From: Azolla caroliniana
Lineage: Eukaryota; Plantae; Polypodiophyta
Length of the DNA: 64,000 bases
Assembly: GCA_043228905.1 (NCBI GenBank)
Contig: JBHGNT010000017.1
Coordinates: 4,154,001-4,218,000, forward strand
Reading direction: 5' to 3'
Shown here piece after piece: positions 40,048 to 53,242 of the stretch. A program made the translations under genes and the position numbers. Below the pieces are notes generated by a model. It did not search any database and had not been told where the DNA came from. It saw only the letters and a program-made list of their open reading frames with translations. Position 1 is the stretch's first letter. The number at the start of each line of letters is the position of its first letter.

Positions 40048-43000
40048 AAAAAACTTAAATTTTAACCCCCCGGGGGGAAAGGGTGATGTACATACACTTC
40101 TTCTTCTTCTTCTTGTGCTCATATGTCACACACTCGTGCGCATGGTGGTCCATAACTCTCGAACATGCGTTCATCCCATCCGATCCCTTGCGATTGTGGA
40201 CAAAAGGGGTGTGTACAAATTCTAGTAGCTGCACCATGCTCGCATCCCCCCCCCCCCCCAAGTGTAGTAGAATTTAGAATTGAGGTGGTCACTTGTGACA
40301 TAAGAGTCTTACCCATTTTGGAGGTGGTTGTGAATGTTGAGAGAGTTTGGTAGATTCCATATGTATTAACATTTAGTATTATTATTAATATTACAATCTT
40401 GGAGCCCATTATAGATTGCCCTATGTCGTCATTGTCCAAATTCACAACCTATATATCATAGCTTGTAATCAACATACATACATTTTGTTACATATTACAA
40501 TATGAATAAATTAATACAGACTTATTGTGATTGTGTCCACTTCTTGATGCTTTGAAGTTGTTTTAAAAGTCAAGTGGTTGTTCAATGTCCCTTTTTAACT
40601 TAATGACATTTTTCCAATAGTTGCTAACTATGATTCATGTGCATGCATGGTTCGATCCAATTTCCATCCTTCCCATATTCATTACATGCATATGTCTTAC
40701 ATATGTGCTATTCTTTCTTCACACTTGTTTTAACTAGTTCATGGCTTCTAATAATGCCACTAACTAACTAGTTAACGTTGAGCTATACTAGTTGTAAGCA
40801 TTTAGCTTTGTAGATTTTGTGGAGCACTAACTAGTCGATGCAACAATGTTTTAGGATATGTCATGAGTTTATCCACTTTAGACATGAACATAGGCATCTC
40901 AACAAAGTGTAGATGTAAACATGTAGGTCTCAACATTTGCCATACAACATCACGGTTTGTGGATTTTGTGAAGTACAAGTCCATGCAATGTGTAGGACAT
41001 GTCATGAGCTTAACCAATATTGACTTTTTCCATTTTACACACGTACATAGGATACATAATCAAACATAAACATGTCAACAATTTGTAGATGTAATCATGT
41101 AGCCCCCAACGTGTGCTATACACAGAGAATAACCATGTGTAGGGTGACATTTTCAACAATAGACATCTCAACCCATATGGTCCTCAACCTTCTATCAAGA
41201 GAGCTACATGTAAATCGACATTGAAGACGCGTAGAAATCCCTTTCGTGAAGCCCCAATCACTATTTCTATAGAAACAAAAGCCACATCCAGTGTGACTTT
41301 TGAGACTTAAGAGGCTTCCCTTTTTCACAAAAGAGATCTACTAAGTGCATAACACTTTTTGGAACCATTCAAACATGTTTGCAGTTATATTTGGCATTAA
41401 AATGATTGTTCCTATTTCTTCTCTTCATCGTATATACTTTAATATTGCACGATGGGCGCATTGTTAATTTTTTATTCCTCACACCTGTAAAAGTAAGGTA
41501 AGGCCTCGCAAGAGAGAAATTGATGAAAGTAGAGCTTCCAAGCCGTTATAGGAGACTCCGGACAAGAGAGAATGAGCCATCAATAGCTTGGTAAAAATCA
41601 TTACAAAGTAGAATATGAGAAACAAACGTACAATCATTAATGATGGAAAATTGAAATCATCACATAGGTATGTCACATGTGTTCACTACAAAAATACCTA
41701 CACTTATTGAAAAAGAAAGAGAAAAGAACCTTCTTTATGAATGCCACCTCTCGTGGAGAGGTCTACCTCCATACATGTTTTTAGTGATTGTCAAAACCAT
41801 TTACACATATGTAGGGATTCTAGCACAAACTCAACCATTGACACAACATTGGGCATGCACTTTCCTTTGAGCACACTCACAAAACACTCATCAATCTACA
41901 ACCATAAAAAATGACAAGGCATTATCAATTCTTTTTTGGTCCTATTGAGGACATTAATGTTAGTCATCAAACAATACCCTTGTGAGAATTGTCCATAAAA
42001 ACCAATGCATATGTTCTAATTAATGGAAAAATTATTCTTCAAGGCCTCACATATTTTGTCATGCTTTTATTATGTGCTCAATTTTAACTTTTCATGTGAT
42101 GAGGAGACTACAATGGTGGTTTGTGGTATATCAAACCAAATTTTGATAGTTAGGTTCTATGATACCATTGTTGAGAATTATTCTTATCTTGAATATAGAT
42201 TTCTAAAGATGCCAAACATAAATTTTCACTCGATAATATATATTAGAAAACATCTTCTTCGAAAGGGGGGGGTTTCAAAGCTCATCAATAATTAATAGAG
42301 AAGAATTGGCCCCAAACCCTTTACATGAAGCTTTCTATTGAATTGGAATTAAAGAAAATCTAAAATCCATGTTCATCTTGACTACCTACAACAAGCAAGG
42401 GTGAATGAATTGGCCTTAGTTTCTCAATTTCTCAAAAGAAAACTTTGTCCTTCATGAGAATGACAAATTACTACTAAAGGGTGAATTGAATAGAAGAATG
42501 GTAATGAGTGAATGTCAATGATGTACATGAAAGTTTTCAGCAACCACTGCAAATCATTGTTCACTTGTTTTTGTTATTGACTTGTCCTTGAGGCATCCAA
42601 CAATGTCAACATTTGAATACACTAATGTGGCCCATTCAAAAAGCGTGGTTAAGGTTTTATATGAACACACGGCACTATAAATATAACAAGGATGATGCCA
42701 AATAACTCAAAGATGATGTTGTTCCAATTGTCAATGCACTATCTCGATTTCCATCTTGCTATCCGCTATTTTCTTCTCCTATTGCGACACAACAATGTGC
42801 GTCAGGGATAAATACATAGAAGACTTCTTTTTCTCATTCTTGGTTTTTCTTCTCTCTTCCAACCTTTTCTATTTGAATTTCCTACTATTGTTCTTCTTAA
42901 AGAAAGTTTATATATGCATCTTCCTTTGTTTAACACAGTCATAGATTGATTCACGAATCACGATAATGTAACCAAAGGCAACAAAATATCCAAATTTCGT

Positions 43001-43414
43001 TGAATTTCTAAAGTATAATGTGATGAGTTTATTTGAAAGGGGGGGGGGGGGTCTATAGGTCATATGTTAACACCATTTCTTGAAACAATGAAACTTCTTG
43101 TGTAGGTGAACCATGTATATACTTGAATAGACTTCCAAATCACATGATTAGGAAACACTATGTCTATGTATACACCTTTTTGAAGTTATGTGGCAACATT
43201 TGATGGTCATGAATTGGTGGGTCCAAATCACTAGCCTTGGTTTATGTCCACATACCACTACATTTTTAAATAAAAAAATACCTCGTTTCCATAGGATTCA
43301 AAAACTTGAGCTTTTTTGTTTGGGAATTTGCAGTTGTGGCCGGTGAAACTCCGACCATCTGGATTTAGGATGGACTCTCAAGCTCAGGCTCTGGTTTAGC
43401 TGCTTCATGGTATT

Positions 43415-44182
43415 TGTTGAGAATCAAACTCAACTTCCCTAATGTGGGAACGCACCTTCAGAATACCCAATTGTGTGAACATCCCACCTCCTTGTATCAT
43501 AACGAAGTGTCATAGAAGTTAAGTCCTATAACACATATTTAGGAGGTAGTTAAGTCTCCACCTCTTTCACAAGTGGTGGTGGTAGTGAGAGAACATAGAG
43601 AGAAGGCGACTACATAAGCACCTTCTCTTCTTCTTTGTATTTGTTGGTTGTTTATCCTCTTATTTTAAATACAATTTTAGTATTTTGTGTATACCTTGGC
43701 CGATCGTTGTAACAACTCACGAAACCTCTCTCGGCCAAAGAAATCACAAGTCGACCATCAAGAACACTCTATTGGGCAGCTCTCTCCCTAGTGAAAAATT
43801 GGAAAGAAACAACTTTGTATCTTGGGAATACAAGATGCACCAATACCTTGTCAGCCAAGGTTATTGGAGTTACATTGAGGGAACACAGGAAATGCAACCC
43901 AACCCAACACATGCCGACTACCCAACATGGGAGCAAGCGGCAAGACTGTGTTGTATTCTTGCATCATGCGTTCATGATCACATGCGCAGCTACATCCGAG
44001 AGGCCAACACGTCGAAGGAGGTGTGAGCAAACCTCAAAAAGATATTCGCGGCTAACACAATCACATGAAAACTTTAACTCCGTCAAGAGTTGAACAGTAT
44101 CCAACAGAGGGATACGTCAATCGGCAACTACACATTGAAGATCAAGGAGTTGTGCGACTCCCTCAGGCCGATCAATGTCAAC
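43415..44182 (+). mobile_element. Copia LTR (starts TGTTGAGAATC) plus gag fragment
   Basis: EKLERNNFVSWEYKMHQYLVSQGYWSYIEG (Copia gag N-terminus). An inverted copy of the same LTR lies at 51221-51504. Confidence 0.75.
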
Positions 44183-45200
44183 AGACCGTCTAGAGACGAC
44201 TGGGCTCGCTCTATCATCACTGTTGATCGTCTCTTGAGTAGCTAATCCACTTTGTGGGTTGGTAGCCGAATTCAACTTCTGATCCATAGCCAAGAAAAAT
44301 ACATTTCCAAGATCATGGCTCAAGTTTTCGGCGATCATCCTTAGGCACAAGTGCGAATGCTTCGCAACCAAAACAGTCAGTTGACATTGATTGACCCGAG
44401 GGAGTCGCACAACTCCTTGATCGTCAAGGTGTAGCTACTTATTGACATATCCCTCTGTTGTATGTCATTCAACTCTTGGCAGAGTTAAAGCTTTCGTGCG
44501 GTTGTATTGGCCGTGAATATCTTTTTGAAGTTCCCCCACACCTTTTTTGGCATTTTGCCTCTCAAATATAACCAAGCATATTATCATCAATGGATGATGC
44601 AAGGGAATACATCACATGACTCGCCACTTGCTCCCAGGCTGGGTAGTTGGCATGTGCCAGGTTGGGTTGATTTTCTTGACGTCCTTCGATGTAACACCAA
44701 TAGCCTTGACCAACAAGGTATTGGTGCATCTTGTATTCCCAAGATGCAAAATTTGTTTTGTCGAGTTTCTCTGTGGGAAGAGCACTTCCCATCAAAGTAT
44801 TCATGTTGATCTATTTGTATGGAGCGAATTTTTCTTCTAAGACTTCTCTTGATACGAGCTATGCAAGTTGCTGCTATAGCAATCGGTCGGTTCTTCGTGA
44901 ACATGGGCTTAGATACAACACACGCGGAAGAAATCAGATCAAGCTACCAAGCGCACTAATACCATGTAAAGAATCAGGTGTGATTCTGTGCAACAGAAGT
45001 TGTGTGTGATAGAGAGAGAGAGAGAGGCTCTTTATCAATAACGGAATTGAGCACAAAGACAAGCGTTGGAAAGCCCTCGAGTAGAGCTTCGCAACAAGAT
45101 ATAGCAAGTTGAATTTGGTGGTTTGTACGAGAAGCAGCGATAGCAATAAGGAATCTTGTGTTGTCGGCATCCACATACTCAAAACTCATTGTGGGTCTTT
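44183..45200 (-). mobile_element. Second Copia gag fragment in opposite orientation, with degenerate PBS and LTR
   Basis: EKLDKTNFASWEYKMHQYLVGQGYWCYIEG. Minus-strand TTGTATCTAAGCCC (about 44903-44917) resembles the tRNA-Met PBS TGGTATCAGAGCC. Confidence 0.7.
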
Positions 45201-45299
45201 GATTGCTTTCAAAATCTTCAACCTCTTCAATCGGGTGAGTTTTGATTTTCTCTCTTGTTCATGGAAAATTGTTTTTATCCCAAATCGATATAATGATGG

Positions 45300-48200
45300 A
45301 CATAAACATGAATTCCTCACAAATTGTGGGGGATATTGATATGGAAACAATCGATCCAAAAAAGAGTAATGTGATGGTAAATGTAATCGTCAAAGGGAAG
45401 ACATTGGAAGCTTTAAGAGGTTTAAGGGAATTGAAGAAATTAATGAGAAAAAATTAACATATGCCGAAATAATACATGTAGATGAAGTTGACAAGGATCA
45501 CTGTAATTGGGATAATTTATGGGGAATTGCCAATACCTTATTGTCGGATATTGCGGAAGAAAATGAAAATGCAGCGAAAGAATGCATTGAAGAGGATGTG
45601 CATGATGTGGAAGTGGATGCTAAGGCAGTTTTGCAATCATTTGATGTATTCTATGATCGTGCTGTTATATTATTTTTTATCGGCAAACTCCCATATGTTA
45701 ATTGGATTAAACAATGGTTGAACACAATCGTGTCACCAAATTGTGTTGAAAATATATATGTGGGACCACGAGGGTTTTATGATGTGGTATTTCATTCACC
45801 GGAGCATCAAAGTGCATTGTTGGGTAAAGTTCACATGTTTTTTGATAAACGATTGGTGCATGCTATGCAATGGTCCCTTGTAGTGGAGTATCATGCTTTG
45901 TTAAAACAGGAATGTCATGTTTGGGTTAGAGTGGATTATAAGCATGCTTTTTTATGGCCACTTTTACCAGAGTTGATGAGTCAAATGGGTTAAGTGTTGG
46001 TATCTCCACATGCAAATGCTACAAATAAGTGCAGATTTTGTGTGTTATGGGATACAAGTCACAAGAGGCCAGGATGGGTGCGTATGAATGCTCCTGGTTT
46101 GAGAAGTCATTGTTTTAAACTGAAGTGGGAGACATTTGCAGGTCATTGTTTTGGATGTGGTGAATGGGGTCACTTTATGGCGGAATGCCATGGTCATTGT
46201 CCTTCAACTACAAAGGTTCCTATTGAAGGGAAAAATAAGGAAGGAGTTGGGAGAGATGTTGGTGTGTTAGATTTTGTGGATGAAGGAACATCACCTAGAG
46301 AAGGTTATAAAGAGGTCTCACTTCAAGGTTTGGGCCCTAAGAATAAGGGAATTGAATCTATGGATATGGAAAAACAGAGTTTAGTGGTTAAAGATAACGG
46401 GAAAAAACCGTTGGATAGAGCTAGTAGTGATGTTGTTGACAAAGATTGGCATGAGGTTAAGGGCAAGTCGAAAGGGAAATCAATGAATATGCAGCGTAGT
46501 AGCTTGCCCACTACTCGTGTGACTACTTGGCAAGGTAATTCAGGAACTAGGGAGAGCCCTCGAAAAGTTCCTTGGCAACGACAATCTAGTGATAAGGGAT
46601 TACCCCTTCACCTTCAATTTGATTCATTGGGACGAGTTGTAAACTCATCGAATTCTCGAGGTTTTCATCAAGTGGGAGGACCTAAAAAAAAGATTTTGAT
46701 AGACAACCCTAAGGATGTGGTGCATGAAAATCCATATGCAGCATTGGAGCATGCTTTGACTAGTTTCATGACATCAGTTGCTCTAAAGGAGCAAGTGCTC
46801 CCATACCATTGTTGATTGAATGAAAGTGGTAACATGGAATGTGAAAGGGGCATGTTCTCCTCATAAGATGTATATACTATGGGAAACTTTGTTAAGTAGA
46901 GAATGGGATGTAGTATGTGTAGTTGAGCATAAGTGTCATGAGTTAGCAGGATCCACAATGCATTTGCGTGGATATTCATCGTTTTATGTAGGACATCTTA
47001 ATAATCATTATTCAGGTGTGGTATTAATGGTGAGGGATAAGTATTATCCTCAAGTGGTGCATAATGATCCTTATGGTCGGTTTTTGGTTCTAGAAATCAC
47101 TTTTTTTGGCAAGGTTGTGTGGGTGGTTGGGATTTATGCCCCAAACCAAGTCACTCAACGTATTGCATTATGGGGTTCACTCCTTCAAACCCTATCTATT
47201 GGACATCCAAGATTACTTATGGGTGATTTTAACATGTGTGTTGATGCATTTCAATCCACGTCTGAACATTCAATCATGGATGATCCTGAGCAACTTGCTT
47301 GGGACTCATTGGCTATGGAGGTTCTGAAGTTAGATGTTTGGACATGGTTGCAAGGGAATGATCCAGGTTTTACCTTCCAATCTTCTGAACATAAACAAAC
47401 ATGGAGTCGGTTAGATAGAATGTATGTGATGCATGATGATTCTTTTTTACCGACATCACTTCGTATGAATGTTCTACAAGATGTTGGAACTTCAGATCAC
47501 TTTCCTATTTTCTTGGAGGTGTGTAATCATGCAATTGACATGCATAAATCTTTACTTGGAAAGCCTCCACTACGCTTTAACTCTTCTCTTTTGCTTCAAC
47601 CTCACTTTTATTCTCTCATGGAGCAAATTTTGGTAAATTTTTCTCAACAAGTGAATCTTGAAGGAGTTAAAGCATGGGATATCACATTACGAAACATTAA
47701 CATCATTCATCGTATGTATGGAGTAACCAATGCTCAACGAAGAAGAGGTCTTATTCGACAATTCTCACAAGTTCTCTCTAGGTGTAATGCATTATTGATA
47801 CATACATCATTAGATGAGGAGCTTTTGGATATTCAGAGTCAATTGCATGTTATTATTTCTCAACTGTAATGCCAAAGTTATCGTTATGCTAAGATGTGAC
47901 AACTCAGGGAAGGACTCATTGATAATCAATCTCAATCTCATTTGTTTTTCCAAGCATTACATCCTACTTATGCTCGATCTAATGTGGTACATGTGAAGCA
48001 AGGGTATGAATTGATAGTGGATCCTACAACAATAATTGGCATATGTCTTCATTACTTTAAGGAGTTGATTGGTCCACAATTGTTAATGGCAGATGAGGTG
48101 AGTAGAGCACGTAATGAGTTTTATGATGTGGTTGGATGTATTGTGCATGAAGTCATTAGTCATGAATTAGATGCGGATTTCACTGAGGATGAGGTGGATG

Positions 48201-50729
48201 TAGTTTTAAGGCATCTTCCTAGTGGTAAGAGCCCTGGTTGGGATGGCTTGACAAATTAAGTTTTTAAGAGATATTCCAACATTTTAAAGGGACCCTTGAC
48301 TTTGATGTTTCAACAGTCTTGGGATTCTGGTTGTATGCCTCAAGCTTGGAAGATTGGTCTAATTAAACTAGTTCCAAAGGTGGCATCTCCTGAGTCATTT
48401 CATCAATGGAGACCTATTTCTTTGATGGGAGGGTTGTACAAGATATTTACGAAGGTCTTGGCAAATAGATTACAAAAGTATTTGCCAAAGATGATACACC
48501 CCGCCCAATATGGTTTTATTGCAGGTAGAAATATATTGCATAATGTGTTGAATGTTCAAATGGCCATGGATTATGCTCGGAACACTCATCAAGAATTGAT
48601 TATGGTGCAATTAGATTTGGAGAAAGCTTATGATAATGTTAATTGGTCTTTTGTTTCTAGTTAATGCATACAATGGGCTTTGGACCTCGTATGTCTCGCC
48701 TCATATTTTTATTAGGACAAGATGTAGTGTCTCGAGTAATGCTTAATGGGGGAGTTACATCAGATATTGACCTCACAAGATCCGTTTGTCAAGGATGCCC
48801 TCTTAGCCCATTGTTGTTTGCTATTGTTACTCATCCTTTGTTAGTGATGCTATCAAGACTTGCAATAAATGGTGACATTGTGGGTTTACACCTTCCGTCC
48901 GGAGAGCAAATAGTAGCACAAGCTTTGGCGGATGATTCTTTCATGTTTTTACAAGCCTCACGGGAGAATCTTGAGAAGGGGATGCTTGTATGGAATCAGT
49001 TTGCATTGGCTTCTGGATTACATATTAATTGGAGGAAGTCTAGTCTCATATCATGCACTGATAGGATAGCAAGGATCCGTGGTGAAGAAAGGCTCTATTT
49101 TTCGACACTTGGCTATCCATTAGGAATGAATGTTACAAATGGTCAATTGATTGAATGGATGTCTAGTAAGGTGAGGGATAAGTTCATGTATTGGACGTCA
49201 CAATCTTGGCCATTTCATGTTCGCTTGAAGGTTGTACAATGTATTATGGAACCCATGATATTATATTACTTGCCATTATTGCCATGGACAAAGAAGGCTT
49301 TGAATTCTGTTTTGCAACCTCTTCGATATTTGTTGTGGAAGAAGAGGGATAAGATGGGAATCACATGGATTGCTTGGAATCATCTAGAAACCCCTAAGCG
49401 ATTGGGGGGGGTTGGAATATTGAACTTATCTATGCATATGATGGCTCATAGATTTTCATTATTACAAGATATGTGTTCAAACTCACAACCATGGATATCT
49501 ATTGTTCGATATTTCATTGAGAACAAGGGTTTAACACATGGGAGGACAACGATTAAGGCTTCATGGTGGCAATTACTGAATGGATGTATTTCACTTAGGA
49601 TTCCGGGTTCTTCATGTGTTCAACACTTAGTTACCTCATGGCAAGAAGCACTCTTGTTATGTGTATGGAAACCATCATCTAGTAGAGAGCATTGTAACTC
49701 TTTGCAAAAAGAGTTACTTGTGTCTTCTCGGTTATTATGTTGGCCAGGAAAGGAGAGATTGCGTTCTCAATTTAATCGTTTGTTTCGTTTGGGGGTCAAA
49801 GAGGTGGGAGATATAGTTGAGGTTCCATCTCAAAGAATTTTGGAGTTTACTGAAGCACGACAATTATTATGCATTTCGCCTAATTATGGGTTTATTTGGC
49901 AACAACTACAGAATATTGCATTGATGCAAGGTCTCTTACCTCTACAAACAGGAGAACAATCGTGGATTGATTGGAGTTTAAGGGGTCAAACACCATTGTT
50001 ACAAGTGACTACTAATCTTTTGTATCATTGTTCCATTGAGTCTCTTGGATGGTTACCATCTAAGGCTGAAGAAGAATGGAAAATACACAAATTTGATCAT
50101 GGGTGGTGGCAGATCTTACAACATAGTTGGCATTCTAAATTGCCACTCGTTGCAAAGGTATTCATTTGGAGAGTTTTGATCGGAGGATTGCCTTTGGGAT
50201 TAGCTTTAAAGCGTCGTGGACTAGCAACGGGTACCTGCTTCTTTTGCACAGTTCAGATAGAAGATAGTACTCATCGATTTATACAATGTCCAATTGCTTG
50301 TCAAATTTGGAGTTACATTTCTCAAATTTGGCAAGTTTTATCACGGAGTTATTTGACACCTAGACAATGGGTGTTTGCACAATTTACACAAGCTGACCCA
50401 AAATCAAAGATGGAGATTGTTTTCCTATTTCTGAGATATTGGGGATTGCATCATAATTGGAACCTGCGCAACGCTTTTGTATTCAATGGTAGACATGGAG
50501 TGAAAGCATATCTACGAAATTTGAAGGGAGTACTAATGTGGCAATTTTCTTTATTGGAACAAGTGGAAATTCTTTCCTCGGTGGAGTGTTCGTCTTGCCT
50601 ATTGGCAATTCAACATGTTCCACTACCCATGTAGTGTAGTGTGGTTAGTGTGTGACCATACTCCATTGTCACACGTATTGTAAGTAGTGTTTTTCACACA
50701 CATTTATTAATATAATTGTGTGTTTTCAC

Positions 50730-50732
<3 letters not shown>
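45300..50732 (+). mobile_element. Near full-length degenerate L1-type LINE (ORF1 about 45541-46815; ORF2 46820-50634)
   Basis: ORF1 has zinc knuckle CFGCGEWGHFMAEC. ORF2 has APE endonuclease (VTWNVKG, GIYAPN, GDFN, SRLDR, SDHFP), RT (KSPGWDG, WRPISL, QLDLEKAYD, QGCPLSPLLF, LADDS) and a C-terminal CFFC..EDSTHRFIQC. In-frame stops and a frameshift near 48660. Confidence 0.92.
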
Positions 50733-50779
<47 letters not shown>

Positions 50780-51218
50780 ATTATCGTCTTCGGAGATCAA
50801 ATATGACCTATGAGACCAAAAATGGGCCAAAAATATTACATTTCACGTGATATGTGTGAAAGTGAGTAGTGACTCTCGATGTTCAAGAACTTTACCAATT
50901 AATGTTGCAATCGAGAGTGCACATTGTAGTTGTGAGAGGATTGGGCGCAGTCGAAGAGATGTGGAAAGCATGGTCGAATATTATCAAAGGCAGAGCATTG
51001 TATCAAAGTGTGATACTCATAGTTGCGAACTTGTTTAGGGCAAAGTGTGCATAGCTGACCACTCTCATCACTTGTGCCCCAACACACTGTCTCACATCGC
51101 AATGCATGTGAGCTAAGTCGCATGGAAGCAATGGTTTGAATGACAGATAACGGTATGAGCTCTAACATGTATCGATGTGTACGGTTTCCCCGTTCCGTAG
51201 AGACAGAGATAGAGAGAG
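50733..51218 (-). mobile_element. (GA)n microsatellite plus 3' fragment of the RTE/RTEX-like LINE
   Basis: GA run at about 50733-50775, then [18 protein letters not shown]...QLCTLCP..EYHTLIQC on the minus strand. GA-rich again at about 51200-51218. Confidence 0.8.
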
Positions 51219-51220
51219 CT

Positions 51221-51504
51221 CAAAGTATACGTAAAACAATAAAATTGTATTAACAAGGAGTAAGACTAAACAAACAGTTACAAAGAGAAGGAGAAGGTGC
51301 TTATGTAATCACCATCTCTCTATGTTCTCTCACTACAACCACCACTTGGAAAAGAGGTGGAGACTTAATTATCTACTGAATATATGTCATATGACTTAAC
51401 TTCTATGACACTTAGTTTACAATACAAGGAGGTGGGATGTTTGCACGCTTGGGTATTCCTAAGGTGTGTTCCCACACTAGGAAAGTTGAGTTTGATTCTC
51501 AACA
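51221..51504 (-). mobile_element. LTR copy, inverted relative to 43415-43690
   Basis: GGAAAGTTGAGTTTGATTCTCAACA is essentially the reverse complement of TGTTGAGAATCAAACTCAACTTCC. Similarity extends about 280 bp. Confidence 0.8.
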
Positions 51505-51509
51505 CTAGG

Positions 51510-51820
51510 TATATAAGTAATTCAGACCCCTAACAACATCATGATCTCCGAACGACACTATATCCTCAATATGCTCTTCAAGTTTGGGATGACAAAGTGT
51601 AAGCTAGTCGCAACCCCTCTTGATCGAAATCTGAAGCTAGATGCTGACTCAAGTACAAAAGAGTGTGAGTCGACTCACTATCGACAACTAGTCGGAAGCC
51701 TAATCTACCTCACCATTACTTGACCCAACCTCGGTTATCCGGTCGACATCCTTAGCTAGTTAATGTAGATACCTCGTGAAATTCATCTGGATTGCACTAA
51801 GTGAGTACTACGGTATGTAA
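51510..51820 (+). mobile_element. Copia reverse transcriptase fragment
   Basis: YILNMLFKFGMTKCKLVATPL...YRQLVGSLIYLTIT. Confidence 0.8.
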
Positions 51821-52585
51821 GGATTTTAGCAAGGATTTTCTCTTAAACCTTACTTTTGACTTTCCTAAAAAAATGATGCTCAAACGCTTCTGTGATCGAT
51901 GACCATTAGATAGCCGAAGTTATGGCAAGAAACAATGTCTATCTACAAAGAGGTAGTCGGGGTCAATTTGACAATATCTAAACAGAGAGAAAGATGATAG
52001 AAGGGTCCTATGACTAGTGTTGATCTACTCGTGATCAACTAGGGAGGAAACCCATTTTCGATACTTCACATATGTGATATGAATGAAGCATGTATTTTTC
52101 CTAGAAATGAAGATATGTTTTTATCCAAAAAATAGACTATGTGACCCAACCACGTGAGCTGCATGCTCTAAATCATAGAGGTAAATATGTGGTCCTTAAT
52201 ATTGTCAATAGACAGCAAGCCACTTCTAGAACGCGACATTCGTGACATTATCAGATGTTCCTCTTGTGAAATACCCTCAACATGTGCCATCGAAAGAAAA
52301 GCCACATCTAGGGTGAAATTCAACACATTTCTAAAGGGGCATTCCTTTTCCACAAAAGTTATTGTTGAGATACCAAGCTTAACTAGATTTAGTTAATTAG
52401 TTAACAAAACGTAACTTAGTAGTTACCTAGATAGAATCTAGTTCGTGTGTTGACCTTAAAGCCTTAAATAGGATTTTGTACTTGAGTGGGATACATTGTA
52501 GATCCTTCACTCCCATGTTCATTTGATATAGAACTTACACCTTTGTACCTATAAAGAAGAAAAAGAAGAGAAGACACTAATCAAC

Positions 52586-52870
52586 ATGAACATATTATTC
52601 ATCTTGGGAGTACAAGATGAACCTGAATACCTAGTCAGCCAAGGGTATTGGAGTTACATCAACGGCACACTCGAAACCAAACCCGACATCACTAATGTTG
52701 AGCGGCAAGCTCAACTGGAGCCGGATCGGCTGAATAAGCCTAAGCCGGCAAGCGAGACGGATCGGTAAGCTATGAGCAACCGAGCCGGCAAGCAACAGAG
52801 CCGGTGAGCTGGGGAGCCGGTGAGCCGGATCCAATCACTAAACGGAAGCCTAGTATTAGTGTAGACTACT
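52586..52870 (+). mobile_element. Copia gag scrap followed by an LTR-like GAGCCGG-repeat segment
   Basis: YLVSQGYWSYING, then TGTTGAGCGG... with multiple GAGCCGG copies. Confidence 0.55.
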
Positions 52871-53242
52871 AGGCAATTATAGTCAACACGTTCGCGTTCA
52901 CAAGTGGAAGGATCGCGCATAAATGGAAGGATAAGGGAAATTTTAGGGGTTTTTCAATGATTTTACAAAACACATTGATACCAGTATCATACATGTTCAA
53001 ACATACTATGAAAAAGGTTAAAAATCCACTATTTTCGTGATTTAGAAGTAACTAAAAAAAGACGAATTTCAAAAAGATACATTCTCAATTTATATCACAA
53101 ACTTCACAACCAATGTTATTTTATAAGAAACAATTTTTTAGAAATCATAAGAATTCAAAACACATGATTTTATATTACTCGATTTGTTACAAGCGGAATG
53201 TAGTTACACTTAATAGCCAAATATACATTCATGATCACTCCT

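Noticed and set aside
52860-52930. Exact left terminus and TSD of the Sola-like element
   Set aside because: Composition changes here, but the matching end is not in the window, so no TIR or TSD can be assigned.
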